Positions 18,773 through 28,700 of a stretch of 64,000 bases of DNA are shown here, in pieces. The stretch comes from Myxococcales bacterium (lineage in GTDB: Bacteria; Myxococcota_A; UBA9042; JABWCM01; BTVJ01): the NCBI GenBank assembly GCA_045863395.1, contig BTVJ01000033.1:19552-83551 (forward strand). Reading direction: 5' to 3'. Positions within the stretch are counted from its first letter, which is position 1. Every line of letters begins with the position of its first letter. The notes below the pieces were generated by a model. The model saw only the letters and a program-made list of their open reading frames with translations, was not told the origin of the DNA and made no database searches. Made by a program: the position numbers and the translations under genes.

Positions 18773-21181
18773 ATGGCAGACGTGGAGCAACGGCAGCAGG
18801 GCGCGGCGGTGACGCCGCGGTCCGGCGGGCAGCAGAGCGGAGTGGGCGCGGCGAGCGCGCCGCTCCGCGCGGTCGGGTACGAGCAGGGCGCGGCGCTGGT
18901 GTCTCCGGGCAACGGCATGGGAGGCGACTGGATGGCGAACCTCCCGGGGCCGCTCGGACAGCTCGCGAAGAAGCCGGCGGCGCAGCCGGCGCCGAAGGCG
19001 TGCCTGCTGGAGCCGGCGGGGGCGAGCAAACCGGCGCCCGGGGGCGCGACCTCGGCTCCGCAGGCGACGGTCCCGCAGGGCGCCCAGAGCCAGGCGCCGC
19101 AGGCCCCGGCTCCCGGCGCCATGCCGTCCGACCCGAAGACGGGCTGGGGCGCGGTGCTGGGTGACGTCCACGGCGTCGAGGTGCGCCGGAACCTCGTGAG
19201 CGACCTGGCCGCCCTCAAGGCGAACGTTTCGGGTATCTCCACGGGCGACAAGGCCTACCTCACGACCCTCCGCACGACCTACGGCTACTCCTACCAGTGC
19301 GTCGAGCTCGTCAACCGGTACTTTGCGCAGGCGCTTGGGCACCAGAACATGATCGGCACGGGGAACGCGAAGGCCTACCTGGGTGAGGGAGATCGGGGCC
19401 TCGAGACCCACAAGTCCGGCGGGCCGGCGCGCCCTCAGCCGGGTGACCTGATGGTCGACCTGGACGGCGGTGGCGGCTTCGGCCACGTAGGCATCGCCAA
19501 GAGCGCCACGGACTCCGAGGTGGTCGTCGCGCAGCAGAACACGCCCAACGCCTTCGAGACCACGGCCATCACGAAGACCGACGCCGGCTGGAAGCTCGGC
19601 AAGTGGGACGGGTTCCGGCGGAAGCCCGGGGCGGCTCCGCCGGCCGCGCAGGGTCCCCTGGCCTCGGTCGAGACTCTTGCGCGCGCCTTCCTTGGCTGCG
19701 AGGTGGTGGACGCCGTCAAGGGGGCGGCGCAGTCCGTTCAGACTCCCCTCGTTCGGGGGGACAAGGGGCCGCGGGTGGACGGGCTCCAGCGGGCGCTGGT
19801 CGGCCATGGCTTCATGCTGGAGGCGGACCGGCTGACGGGCCCAGGCACCTTCGGCCCCAAGACGGAGGCGGCCGTGCGGACGTTTCAGGGGGCGGTCGGG
19901 CTCCCCGCGACCGGGATCGCCGACGCCAAGACGCTGATCGCGATGGCCACCTGGCGGACCCCGGAGCAGCGCGTGAAGGACGGCCTGGCGGCGGACGCGC
20001 GCACATCGGCGAGCCGCGAGAAGGCGGTACGGGACCTGGGCGACGTCGGCGGCTTCGGCGAGGGTCTCTACCGCAAGGCCGGAGCGGTCATCGACGCGCT
20101 GGTCCCGTCCCGGGGGGACGAGTCGCGCATGGAGCTGGCCGTGAATGCTCCGGTGGCCGCCGTGCCCGGGGCCCGGGTCGGGTTGCGCTTCGACGGCGAG
20201 GCAGAGCGGGAGGGCGGCGTGCGGCTCCGCGTGCAGCTCGGGGCGGCGGTCTCCGGCGAGGTGGACATGGTCATCGCCGAAGCCTTTGCCCAGGCCGAGC
20301 TGTTCGGGTGGATGGAGGCCTCTGGAGACGACGGCTACGAGGCCATGCGCCTGCTCTCGTTCGGTCTCGAAGACCGCGTCCGGTCGGTCAGCGGCAAGGC
20401 GGCCGACCTGGTCTGGGGCAAGGGCTTCGCCAAGGACGTGCGCTCCAACATGGACGACGACGACTATGTGGAGAGCGGCATCGGAGCGTCCGTGGAGGGC
20501 GGCATCGCCAGGAAGCAGAAGCAGCTCGGGGGGATGCCGGTGGCCGAGGCCAAGGGAGCGCTGGAGGCGACGACCGCTGACCGCCTGACGCGCGACGGGA
20601 AGGAGTCGGTCAGCTCCACGCGCATGGAGGGCTCCGTCGCGGTGGGATCGTGGTCCGGCAAGCTGTCTCTGGAGCAGACGAAGCGGGCCGGCGTCGTTGA
20701 GAACGAGCTGCACATCACGCCCCAGCGCGACGTGGACATCACGGACTTCGCCATGGAGATGGGCGACCCGGCGCGCTGCAAAGAGACCCTGCGCGGGTGG
20801 CTCTTCGAGGTGCTTGGAGTGGCGCACTCCGTGATCACGAAGCAGACGGGGTTGAAGGGCAACGGCGCGCAGACGGTCGGAGCCGTCTTCGACACCGTGC
20901 GCAGCATCGACCCAGCCGGGGACTTCCTCGCGGATCAAGCAGTGCTCCACATGGCCACCAAGATCAAGGCGCTGCAGGCGGTCAAGATGGGCCAGCGGCT
21001 GGACATCGACATCTCCTGGACGGAGCGAAAGAGTGGGTGGGACGCGAGCCTGCAAGTCGATCTGGACCAGGTCCGGTCCCTGGAGCTGGGTGAAGACGAG
21101 CGGTCTGCGCTCTACGCCAAGCTGGAGGACATCACGAACCTCTTGCGGGTCGGTCCCTTGAAGTTTGGACCGGGGGTCTGA
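18773..21181 (+). CDS. CHAP amidase plus peptidoglycan-binding domain protein with a long unassigned C-terminus
   Basis: YQCVELVNRY...GNA...PQPGDL...GHVGI...AQQN (CHAP); RGDKGPRVDGLQRAL...FGPKTEAAVRTFQ (PG_binding_1); GGAGG RBS. Confidence 0.75.
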   Translation: MADVEQRQQGAAVTPRSGGQQSGVGAASAPLRAVGYEQGAALVSPGNGMGGDWMANLPGPLGQLAKKPAAQPAPKACLLEPAGASKPAPGGATSAPQATVPQGAQSQAPQAPAPGAMPSDPKTGWGAVLGDVHGVEVRRNLVSDLAALKANVSGISTGDKAYLTTLRTTYGYSYQCVELVNRYFAQALGHQNMIGTGNAKAYLGEGDRGLETHKSGGPARPQPGDLMVDLDGGGGFGHVGIAKSATDSEVVVAQQNTPNAFETTAITKTDAGWKLGKWDGFRRKPGAAPPAAQGPLASVETLARAFLGCEVVDAVKGAAQSVQTPLVRGDKGPRVDGLQRALVGHGFMLEADRLTGPGTFGPKTEAAVRTFQGAVGLPATGIADAKTLIAMATWRTPEQRVKDGLAADARTSASREKAVRDLGDVGGFGEGLYRKAGAVIDALVPSRGDESRMELAVNAPVAAVPGARVGLRFDGEAEREGGVRLRVQLGAAVSGEVDMVIAEAFAQAELFGWMEASGDDGYEAMRLLSFGLEDRVRSVSGKAADLVWGKGFAKDVRSNMDDDDYVESGIGASVEGGIARKQKQLGGMPVAEAKGALEATTADRLTRDGKESVSSTRMEGSVAVGSWSGKLSLEQTKRAGVVENELHITPQRDVDITDFAMEMGDPARCKETLRGWLFEVLGVAHSVITKQTGLKGNGAQTVGAVFDTVRSIDPAGDFLADQAVLHMATKIKALQAVKMGQRLDIDISWTERKSGWDASLQVDLDQVRSLELGEDERSALYAKLEDITNLLRVGPLKFGPGV

Positions 21182-21195
21182 AGAGAGCGCCGCGG

Positions 21196-23046
21196 CTACT
21201 TCGGCCCGGTCTCCACCCGCAGCTTGGGGAGGGCCGGGGCGGTCTCGGTCCGGAGCTTGGGGAGCGCGAGCGCGGGAGTCTCTGCGCCACCCCCTCCATG
21301 CGGTGCCGGCGTGGTCTCCTTCGCCGAGACGACGGCCCGCGCCTTTGCCGCAGGGAGGGTCACGTCGCGGTCCACCGTGGCGCCGGGGCCGAGGTCGAGA
21401 TCCAGCGACACTGTCTCTCTGCCTCGTCGCGTGAGGGTGAGGCGTGAAGCGCCCGGTAGCGGGGAGAGAGATTCGTCGCAAGGTGTCTCGCAGATCCGCT
21501 GTCCGTTGCGCGTGACCAGCGCCCCTGGAGGCGCCGACCGGAGAATCAGCCGTGCCGGAAGGCCATGAGACTCCAGCGGGGCGGTCTCACCCAGCCGATT
21601 GGCCTCCGTCGCGGTCCCGATCTGTGGAGCTGCCGCGAGAGTCTCGGGCTCACGCTGTGGCTCCTCTGTCTCTTCTGACGCCACCTGTGCAGGCTTTGGC
21701 GGAATCTCGGCACCTGCGGTCTCTTCCGCCGGCCCCGGCGGAGTCTCGGCGCGTGCGGTCTCTTCCGCCGGCCCCGGCGGAGTCTCGGCGCGTGCAGTCT
21801 CTTCCGTCGTCTCTGCGGCAGGTGGGCTCGGAGCCTGTCCGCCCGGACGGACCACCTCGGGGCTCGCCGGCTCGCCCGCGCGGTCGGGAGCCTCCGGGGC
21901 CGAGGAGACGCCAGTGCCTCCGGGCTGCGCCCCGCCGCCTGCCAGCGACGCTGCGATCCAGGTCCCGGCGATGATCGTCACCGCCGCGACCGCCAGCCAG
22001 CTCCTGCGTTGCGGCGCCGGGGCGTCCATGGCCACGGTCTCCGACCCGGAGTCTGCCACCGGGACCGGCCCGAGCAGGGCGGCGATCTCGCGCTCCGTCT
22101 CCGGACGCGTGGCGGCGTCTCGCGAGCGCAGCTCCAGGTGCTCCAGCGCCGCCGCGACGCTGGAGGCGTTGCCCGGGCGGTCGTCCGACTTTTTGGAGAG
22201 CAGCTTGGCGACCAGCGCCGACCACGCAACCTCGACCTCGCCGGGCAGGCCGAGGCGCGGGAGCGGCGGCGTGGGCTCGTTCACGTGCTTCATGGCCGTG
22301 GCGATGGCGCTCTCGGCCAGAAACGGCGGGCGCCCGGTCAGCAGCTCGAAGAGGATGATCCCCACCGCGTAGAGGTCCGTCGCGGGCTTGATGGGCTCGC
22401 AGAGCGCCTGCTCCGGGGCCATGTAGCGGGGAGTCCCCACCGCGAGGCCGGTGCGGGTGACCGAGATCTGGTCGGTGTCCGGCTCGGACCAGCGGGCGAT
22501 GCCGTAGTCGACCACCTTGACCTGGTCTGGCTCGCCCCCGGCGTCGAGGAGGAAGATGTTGTCCGGCTTGAGGTCGCGGTGGACGATGCCCATGCCGTGA
22601 GCCTCGCCGAGCGCCTTGCACACCTGCCGCACGATGTGCGCAGCCCGCCACGGCGCGAGCCTTCCCTCGGCCTTGAGCAGCGCCTTGAGGGTTCGCCCCC
22701 GCAGCAGCTCCATGACCAGGTAGGGGCGGCCGTCGCCCACCTCGCCGTAGTCGTAGAGACGGATGGAGTTGTGGTGCTGGAGCTGGGAGGTCAGGTGGGC
22801 TTCCCGCTCGAAGCGCCGCTCCATGGCCAGCCGCTCCGTGGCGCCGATGCCCGGTGGCACCGCGAGCACCTTGACCGCCACCTCGCGGTTGACCGAGAGC
22901 TGGACCCCGCGGTAGACCGCCCCCATGGCGCCGCTGGCGATGTAGTCCACGATTCGGTACTTGCCCTGGAGCGTGGTGCCGAGGAGGGGGTCCTTCCCCT
23001 CGACGAGGATGCGGGTCGGTCCAAGCTCGGACGGCGGAGCACTCAT
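21196..23046 (-). CDS. Hanks-type Ser/Thr protein kinase with a TM segment and C-terminal PEGA-like domain
   Basis: ASGAMGAVY, VAVK, HRDLKPDN, DYG, GTPRYMAPEQ. Confidence 0.93.
   Translation of the reverse strand: MSAPPSELGPTRILVEGKDPLLGTTLQGKYRIVDYIASGAMGAVYRGVQLSVNREVAVKVLAVPPGIGATERLAMERRFEREAHLTSQLQHHNSIRLYDYGEVGDGRPYLVMELLRGRTLKALLKAEGRLAPWRAAHIVRQVCKALGEAHGMGIVHRDLKPDNIFLLDAGGEPDQVKVVDYGIARWSEPDTDQISVTRTGLAVGTPRYMAPEQALCEPIKPATDLYAVGIILFELLTGRPPFLAESAIATAMKHVNEPTPPLPRLGLPGEVEVAWSALVAKLLSKKSDDRPGNASSVAAALEHLELRSRDAATRPETEREIAALLGPVPVADSGSETVAMDAPAPQRRSWLAVAAVTIIAGTWIAASLAGGGAQPGGTGVSSAPEAPDRAGEPASPEVVRPGGQAPSPPAAETTEETARAETPPGPAEETARAETPPGPAEETAGAEIPPKPAQVASEETEEPQREPETLAAAPQIGTATEANRLGETAPLESHGLPARLILRSAPPGALVTRNGQRICETPCDESLSPLPGASRLTLTRRGRETVSLDLDLGPGATVDRDVTLPAAKARAVVSAKETTPAPHGGGGAETPALALPKLRTETAPALPKLRVETGPK
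21715..21806. repeat. 39-bp tandem repeat inside the kinase linker (2 full copies plus a partial)
   Basis: TGCGGTCTCTTCCGCCGGCCCCGGCGGAGTCTCGGCGCG twice, encoding EETARAETPPGPA. Confidence 0.85.
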
Positions 23047-23126
23047 GGGGCAGGATCCAACCGTGGTTCCCGGCCGGCGTCAAGCGGTTTCACGGAGGGA
23101 CTGCCCTGCACGGCCCGAGGCGGGGG

Positions 23127-24143
23127 TCAGAAGCAGCCCGACAGCACGAAACCAGCGCCCCCGGGCGTCGCGAGGGGCGCGACCGCGGTGTCGTCGTCGC
23201 CCGTCGCGAAGAACAGCGCCACCCCCGTGATCGCCGAGGCTGCCCCCACGCCGTAGAGCGCGTAGGCGGAGTACCCGTAGGCGCGCATGGACGAGTCGGC
23301 GTCCTCCCAGCGGGAGCGGCGCTCCTCGTCCGTCATTCCGGTGACGGGAGCTGCATACCGGCCGGCGTCCTCGCTCGCGTCGAGCGCGGCCACGTGCAGG
23401 CCGACGGCGGCGGCGATCATCGCTCCCCCGGCTCCGATGAGGGTCCACTCCAGGACCCGGGGTGAGGGCGGAGCGGGCTTCCCGGCGACGACCGGCGCGG
23501 GCCGCGGCTCCTGCGGGGCCTGCGCGAGCGCGATGAGCGTGGAGACCTCGGCCCCCGGCCGGGGAGTGACTCGCGTCGTCGATGGCGCGTGCCCGGGGGC
23601 CTCGGCGACGACCTCGATGGGCTCGGAGAGCGCGATGGTGCGAGGTGCGGTGAGGCGGTGTCCCCCGACGGTCAGCGTCGCCCCGGCAGGCGTGGTCTGG
23701 AGGCGCGCCCACCCGAGGGGAGGGACGGTGGCGGCGGCGCTCCGGCGGAGGTGCTCCTCGACGAGCGCCATCTCCTCGAAGGTCGGGTCCAGATCGGCGG
23801 CCTGGAGCGCCGCGGCGACCACCTCGGCGTGCCGCCCTTGGCCCGCCAGGATGGTCGCCCTGAGGAGCGCTGTGCTGGCGTTGGGCACAGCGGCCCAGGC
23901 CTCATCGGCGGCGGCCAGGGCGCCGGCCAGGTCGCCCGCACCGTGGTACTGCTCTACCCGCGCGTACGCGGCCTCTGCGAGCCCCACAGCCTCTGGGCTT
24001 GAGGGTCCCATCCGAGGGAGCTCAGGGACGATCAGCGTCGGCTCGGCGTCGGCTCGCAGCGGCAGGACCGCACAAACGACCCAGAGCGCGAGCGTAGGGG
24101 GAAGCGCTGTGCCTGGACTCCTCGACCCTGACCGGTTCCCCAT
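23127..24143 (-). CDS. Secreted TPR/PEGA-like protein
   Basis: Signal-like N-terminus, helical repeat region, LQTTPAGATLTVGG, hydrophobic C-terminus ending GCF; upstream of the kinase. Confidence 0.55.
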   Translation of the reverse strand: MGNRSGSRSPGTALPPTLALWVVCAVLPLRADAEPTLIVPELPRMGPSSPEAVGLAEAAYARVEQYHGAGDLAGALAAADEAWAAVPNASTALLRATILAGQGRHAEVVAAALQAADLDPTFEEMALVEEHLRRSAAATVPPLGWARLQTTPAGATLTVGGHRLTAPRTIALSEPIEVVAEAPGHAPSTTRVTPRPGAEVSTLIALAQAPQEPRPAPVVAGKPAPPSPRVLEWTLIGAGGAMIAAAVGLHVAALDASEDAGRYAAPVTGMTDEERRSRWEDADSSMRAYGYSAYALYGVGAASAITGVALFFATGDDDTAVAPLATPGGAGFVLSGCF

Positions 24144-24495
24144 GTTCGCTCCTCGTGCGCGCCTCAGCCGAGAGAAGGCCAGGGCCGAGCATAAACCCCG
24201 GCTTCCGTTCTGGTCAATCGGGGCGGAGGGGCGCCTGCCCTTCCGCGCCTGCACAGCGAAGACCTCGTCGGGAGTCGTCCTGTCAGGAGGTGTCTTCGTC
24301 GCGTGCGGCCAAGCGGCGACTCCCCGCCGGTGAGGCGGTGAAGCCGGTGGCCTCCGTCGGTCTGTCGCTGAAGCCGCTGAGGGCCTCGGGGAGGCTGCCA
24401 CGGTGCCTGGAGAGCCCGAGGTGAGTGGGAGGCCTGGCGTGATGCGGGGGGGCCGCCGGGGACACGGCCTGCTCGTCGCCCGCGGTGGGAGAGCG

Positions 24496-25479
24496 CTACT
24501 GTTCGGCGAAGATCTCGTCCAGGGTGGTCGCGTCGAGGACGCGGTCGACCCAGCGGTCGAGCTGCTCGCGGGTGGCGGCGGTCATGCGGTCGTCGGCCCA
24601 GGCGGGGAGGGGCCCGAAGCGTCGCTCAAGCAGCCGTCGGAGCACCGCGGCCTCGCCCAGCCCCCGCCCCTTCTCGATGCCCTTCTCGATGCCCTTCTCG
24701 ATGCCCGTCTGGATGCCCTTCTCGATGCCGATGCGCTCGATGCTGGTGATGTAAGGCATGTGTCTCTCCTGCTCGATTCTGTCGAGGGTGTCTCTGAACG
24801 TGAACTCCAGGTCTCGTGGAAGGACGAGTACCCAGTCGATGAAACGGAAGAGGTTGAGGACATCGTCCCTGGACGCGCCTCGGTCGTATAACAAGGTGGT
24901 CAGCTCGGTCTTCCATTGGAGGCGCAGGGCTGGGTCTCTGCGGGAGTCGATGGCGCGGAGATGCGCGAGTACGGCGATGGCGAACGGGTTGTCGCTCTTG
25001 GTGAGTGAATCGACGTCGCTGCGGAGGTCGAGGAGCTTCACGGCGGGAAACTGCATGGAGACGTGTGTGCCCCAGAGGCGCGAGTCGAAGCGGCTTGGGC
25101 GCCACGCGGGGCGGTCGTCGGCGAGGACGGCGAAGCTGGCGACGGAGGCGTCGTAACGGTCGAAGAGGCGGTAGTTGTAGACGAACATGCGCTTGGCGAA
25201 GAGGTGGTCGTCGGTGCCTTGGACCTCGATGTGTGCGAAGACCCAGGTCTCGTCGCCGGAGATCTTGAAGACCCGGACGAGCTTGTCGGCGTATTGTCGG
25301 CCGAGGTCTGCGTCCCTGGTGACCTGCTGTAGCTCGGTGTCGAGGAAGTCGTAGGGCCTCGCCCAGTCGATGTCGGCTGCTGCCTCGGGGAAGAAGAGCT
25401 CCATGAAGCGGGGGAAGTAGGCCTCGAGGATCTCCTTCCACGGGCTGTCGAAGTCTGACGAAGTGGGGTCGTCGGCCAC
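24496..25479 (-). CDS. Rpn family (recombination-promoting nuclease/Transposase_31-like) PD-(D/E)xK protein with DUF4351-like C-terminus
   Basis: FDSPWKEILEAYF, FLDTELQQ, ADKLVRV, HIEVQG, FAKRMFVYNYRLFD, FIDWVLVLP, MPYITSIERIG, GIEK repeats, RRFGPLP; GTG start inferred. Confidence 0.88.
   Translation of the reverse strand: MADDPTSSDFDSPWKEILEAYFPRFMELFFPEAAADIDWARPYDFLDTELQQVTRDADLGRQYADKLVRVFKISGDETWVFAHIEVQGTDDHLFAKRMFVYNYRLFDRYDASVASFAVLADDRPAWRPSRFDSRLWGTHVSMQFPAVKLLDLRSDVDSLTKSDNPFAIAVLAHLRAIDSRRDPALRLQWKTELTTLLYDRGASRDDVLNLFRFIDWVLVLPRDLEFTFRDTLDRIEQERHMPYITSIERIGIEKGIQTGIEKGIEKGIEKGRGLGEAAVLRRLLERRFGPLPAWADDRMTAATREQLDRWVDRVLDATTLDEIFAEQ
24668..24729. repeat. 12-bp tandem repeat encoding GIEK/GIQT units in the Rpn C-terminus
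   Basis: CCCTTCTCGATG repeated, with one variant unit. Confidence 0.8.
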
Positions 25480-25603
25480 CTCAGTCTGGACGTTCCGGTC
25501 CCTCTGTGTCACGTCGGTCCTCGCTCTTGCGGTCTGCCCGCGCTCGGGCGGGGCCAGGCCAGCCCTGGCAGGGTAGGCGGAGGAGCGGGCGGAGATCAAG
25601 GCG

Positions 25604-25632
25604 TTGCCTGGTGATTGGGGACGTGCTACAGG
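25604..25632 (+). promoter_or_regulatory. Putative sigma70-type promoter of the DGR target gene
   Basis: TTGCCT-17 nt-TACAGG with upstream TG; same CGTTGC-N12-GACGTGCTACA pattern recurs at 33583-33611. Confidence 0.45.
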
Positions 25633-25729
25633 GCTGGGATGCGCGGGTTGGTCGGCGGGCGACGCGAGGTCGGTGCTTCGCGCCGTGCGGCGGGTGGGGT
25701 TGTACGTCGAGCACAGAGGAGGTCGAGCG

Positions 25730-28700
25730 ATGGGGAGCGATGGGACGGGGCTGCGTGGGGTGGTGGCGCGCGTGGCGCGGCTGGGTGGAGCGGCGGTGGT
25801 GGTCTGCACGCTGTGGGCGGCTGCGTTGGCGGAGGCGGCGCCCGGGGCGATCCCGTATCGAGGGGAGCTGACCTACGCGGACGGGACTCCCTTTGACGGG
25901 ACGGTGGAGGTGAAGGCTGCGCTGTATGCGTCGGAGACTGGAGGCACGGCGGTCTGGGGCCCTGCGACGTGGCCGTCGGTGTCGGTGAACGGCGGTACGC
26001 TGGAGGTGGTTCTCGGCGACGCGCCGAGCCCTGCGCTGGACGGGTCGGAGCTCCCTCCGGACGGGCTTTGGCTGGAGCTGTGGGTGGACGGGGTCAAGCT
26101 GGAGCCTCGGCAGCGTGTGCTCTCGACGGCGTACTCGCTGCGTTCGGGGGACGCGGAGCGCCTCGGCGGCGAGGAGGCGAGCGCGTATGCGACGCACGAG
26201 TCTGTCGAGGCCGCGGGCTATCTGCGGTCGAGCGATGTCTCCTCGGTGGCGCTGACGGGCGCCTATGGCGACCTGAGCGGGACGCCGAGCCTGAGCGTCT
26301 ACGCACAGAAGAGCGAGCTTGCAGCGGTGGCGACGAGCGGGGCGTATGCAGACCTGACGGGAGCGCCGAGCCTTGGGGCGTATGCGCTCGTTTCGGAGGT
26401 GGCGCCGGTGTGCTGGTCGGGGTCCTACGCGGACCTCGCCAACACGCCCGACCTGTCGGTGTTCGTTCTGGTGACGGACCTCCACCCCATTGCGCAGTCC
26501 GGCGCGTGGTCAGACCTGGAGGGGGCGCCTGACGCGGCGGCCTTCCTTCGCGCGGACGGGACGACGCCTCTCGGCGGCCCGTGGGACGCCGGGGGCCAGC
26601 CTGTGTCGAACCTGGTTGTGGGGAGCTCTGCGAGCCCGCCGTCGGGGGTGGCGGGTCAGCTCTGGTGGGACGGTGCGGCGGGGGTGCTGAAGATCCACGA
26701 CGGGTCGTCGTGGCTCCCCGTGAGCGGCGAGGCGGGGGGCGGTGGCGTTGCGACGGCGTTGCAGTGCAGCGGCTGCGTGGACGAGGTGGCGCTGTCGTTC
26801 GCGCTGAGCGCCGTGGCCAAGAGCGGGAGCTACGGGGACCTGAGCGGCGCGCCGGCGCTCGCCGCGGTGGCGACGAGCGGCCAGTACGCGGACCTGTCAG
26901 GCGCCCCGAGCCTCGACGCCTACGCCATGAAGTCGAGTCTGTCGGCGGTGGCGACGAGCGGGAAGTACGGGGACCTGTCGGGCGCGCCGAGCCTCGCGGA
27001 CTACGCCAAGAAGGCGGAGCTGTCCGCGGTGGCGAGCACGGGCGCCTACACGGACCTGTCCGGGACGCCGAACCTTGGGGGCTACGCGCTGATCTCTGAT
27101 GTGGCTCCGGTGTGCTGGTCCGGGTCCTACGCGGAGCTTTCGAACACTCCGGATCTGTCGTCGTTCGTGCACCTGGCGGACCTGCACCCCATCGCGCAGT
27201 CTGGCTCCTACGCAGATCTGGCGGGCAAGCCGGACCTCGGCGCGTATCTTCGCGCGGATGGGACGGTGAAGCCCGTGGCGCCGCTGGACCTGTCGCAGCA
27301 GCCCTTGTTGAACGTGGTGGTGCACAACGCGGCGGTTGCCCCCGGGTCTCCGAAGCCGGGTCAGCTCTGGTACGACACGACGTCGTCGTCGCTGCGTGTG
27401 TGGACGGGCCTGTCGTGGGTGGCGACGGGCGGCGCGGCGGTGCTCCCCGTCGATGGTCTCGACCAGGTGTCGAACGGGGTGTTGACGACGAAGTTCGAGT
27501 CGAGCGCGTGGTCGAGCGGGGTGCCGGCGGAGGTGAAGGACTACTGGCCGGCGGGGACGAGCGTGAGCCTGACGGTGAATGACCCGGGGGCGCTGCTGTG
27601 GCTCAAGGTCCATGTGAAGGTGACGCACCCGAGCGCGACGGATCTCCGGGTGGTGCTGACTCCTCCGAGCGGCGGGCCCATCGTGCTGCACGACCGGACG
27701 GCGGGGCAGGCGGGTGGCCTCGACGGGGAGTGGCCGCCGCTGGTGCCAGCATCGGGTGACCTCACGAGCCTCCTCGGCACGGATCCGTCGGGCGTCTGGA
27801 GCGTGCACGTGGAGGACCAGGTGTTCAGCGGCGGGGTTGGCGGGACCATCGCGAAGCTCGGGGTGAGCTACGGGATCCTGCGGGGGACGCAGGTGGCGGT
27901 GAAGGGCGACCAGATCGTGGAGGGCGCGCTGACGGTGGGTGGGGTGGACGTGGGGGCGGAGCTCGCCTCTCTGAAGGCGGAGGTGTGGTGCCTGAAGGAG
28001 TGCGACGAGGCGAAGAAGGGGGACTGCCGGAAGTACGCGTGCGACGGGGCGTCGCAGGCGTGCCTGGACGCGGGCGGGCAGCCTGACGGGGCGGCGTGCT
28101 GGGGAGGAGCGGGGGTGTGCTTCGGCAGCGCGTGCTGCGTTCCGGGGACGTGCGCGACGCTCGGGGCAGGGTGCGGGCTCGTGGCGGACGGGTGCGGCGG
28201 AGTGATCGCGTGCGGGGAGTGCGTCGCGGGTCAGGTGTGCCACCAGAGCCAGTGCTGCGCGCCAGCGACGTGCGACGGGCTCGGGAAGGAGTGCGGGACG
28301 TGGGGGGATGGGTGTGGGGGCGTGGTGGAGTGCGGAGGATGCACGGGCGATTACGCCTGCGGTCCATCGGGGGCGTGCGACGCGTGGCTGGGCACCTGCG
28401 GCGGCGTCTCCTGCCCGTCGTTGAGCGGATACACGGCTACGTGCAACCCTCAGTCCCACTGCGAGTACGTCCGGAGCGCCCCGACGGCCCCCTGGCACAC
28501 GTGGGACGTGTGGATCTACGTGCCGCCGGGGAGCTTCCCGATGGGGTGTCCGGGCGGGAGCGAGACCTGCGGTGGCTCATCTGAGCAGCCGGTGCACACG
28601 GTGACCTTCGCGACGGGCTACCTCATCGCGAAGCACGAGATCGTGGTCACGCAGTACGAGGCGTGCCAGTCTGCGGGCACCTGCAGCGCAGCCTCCACGG

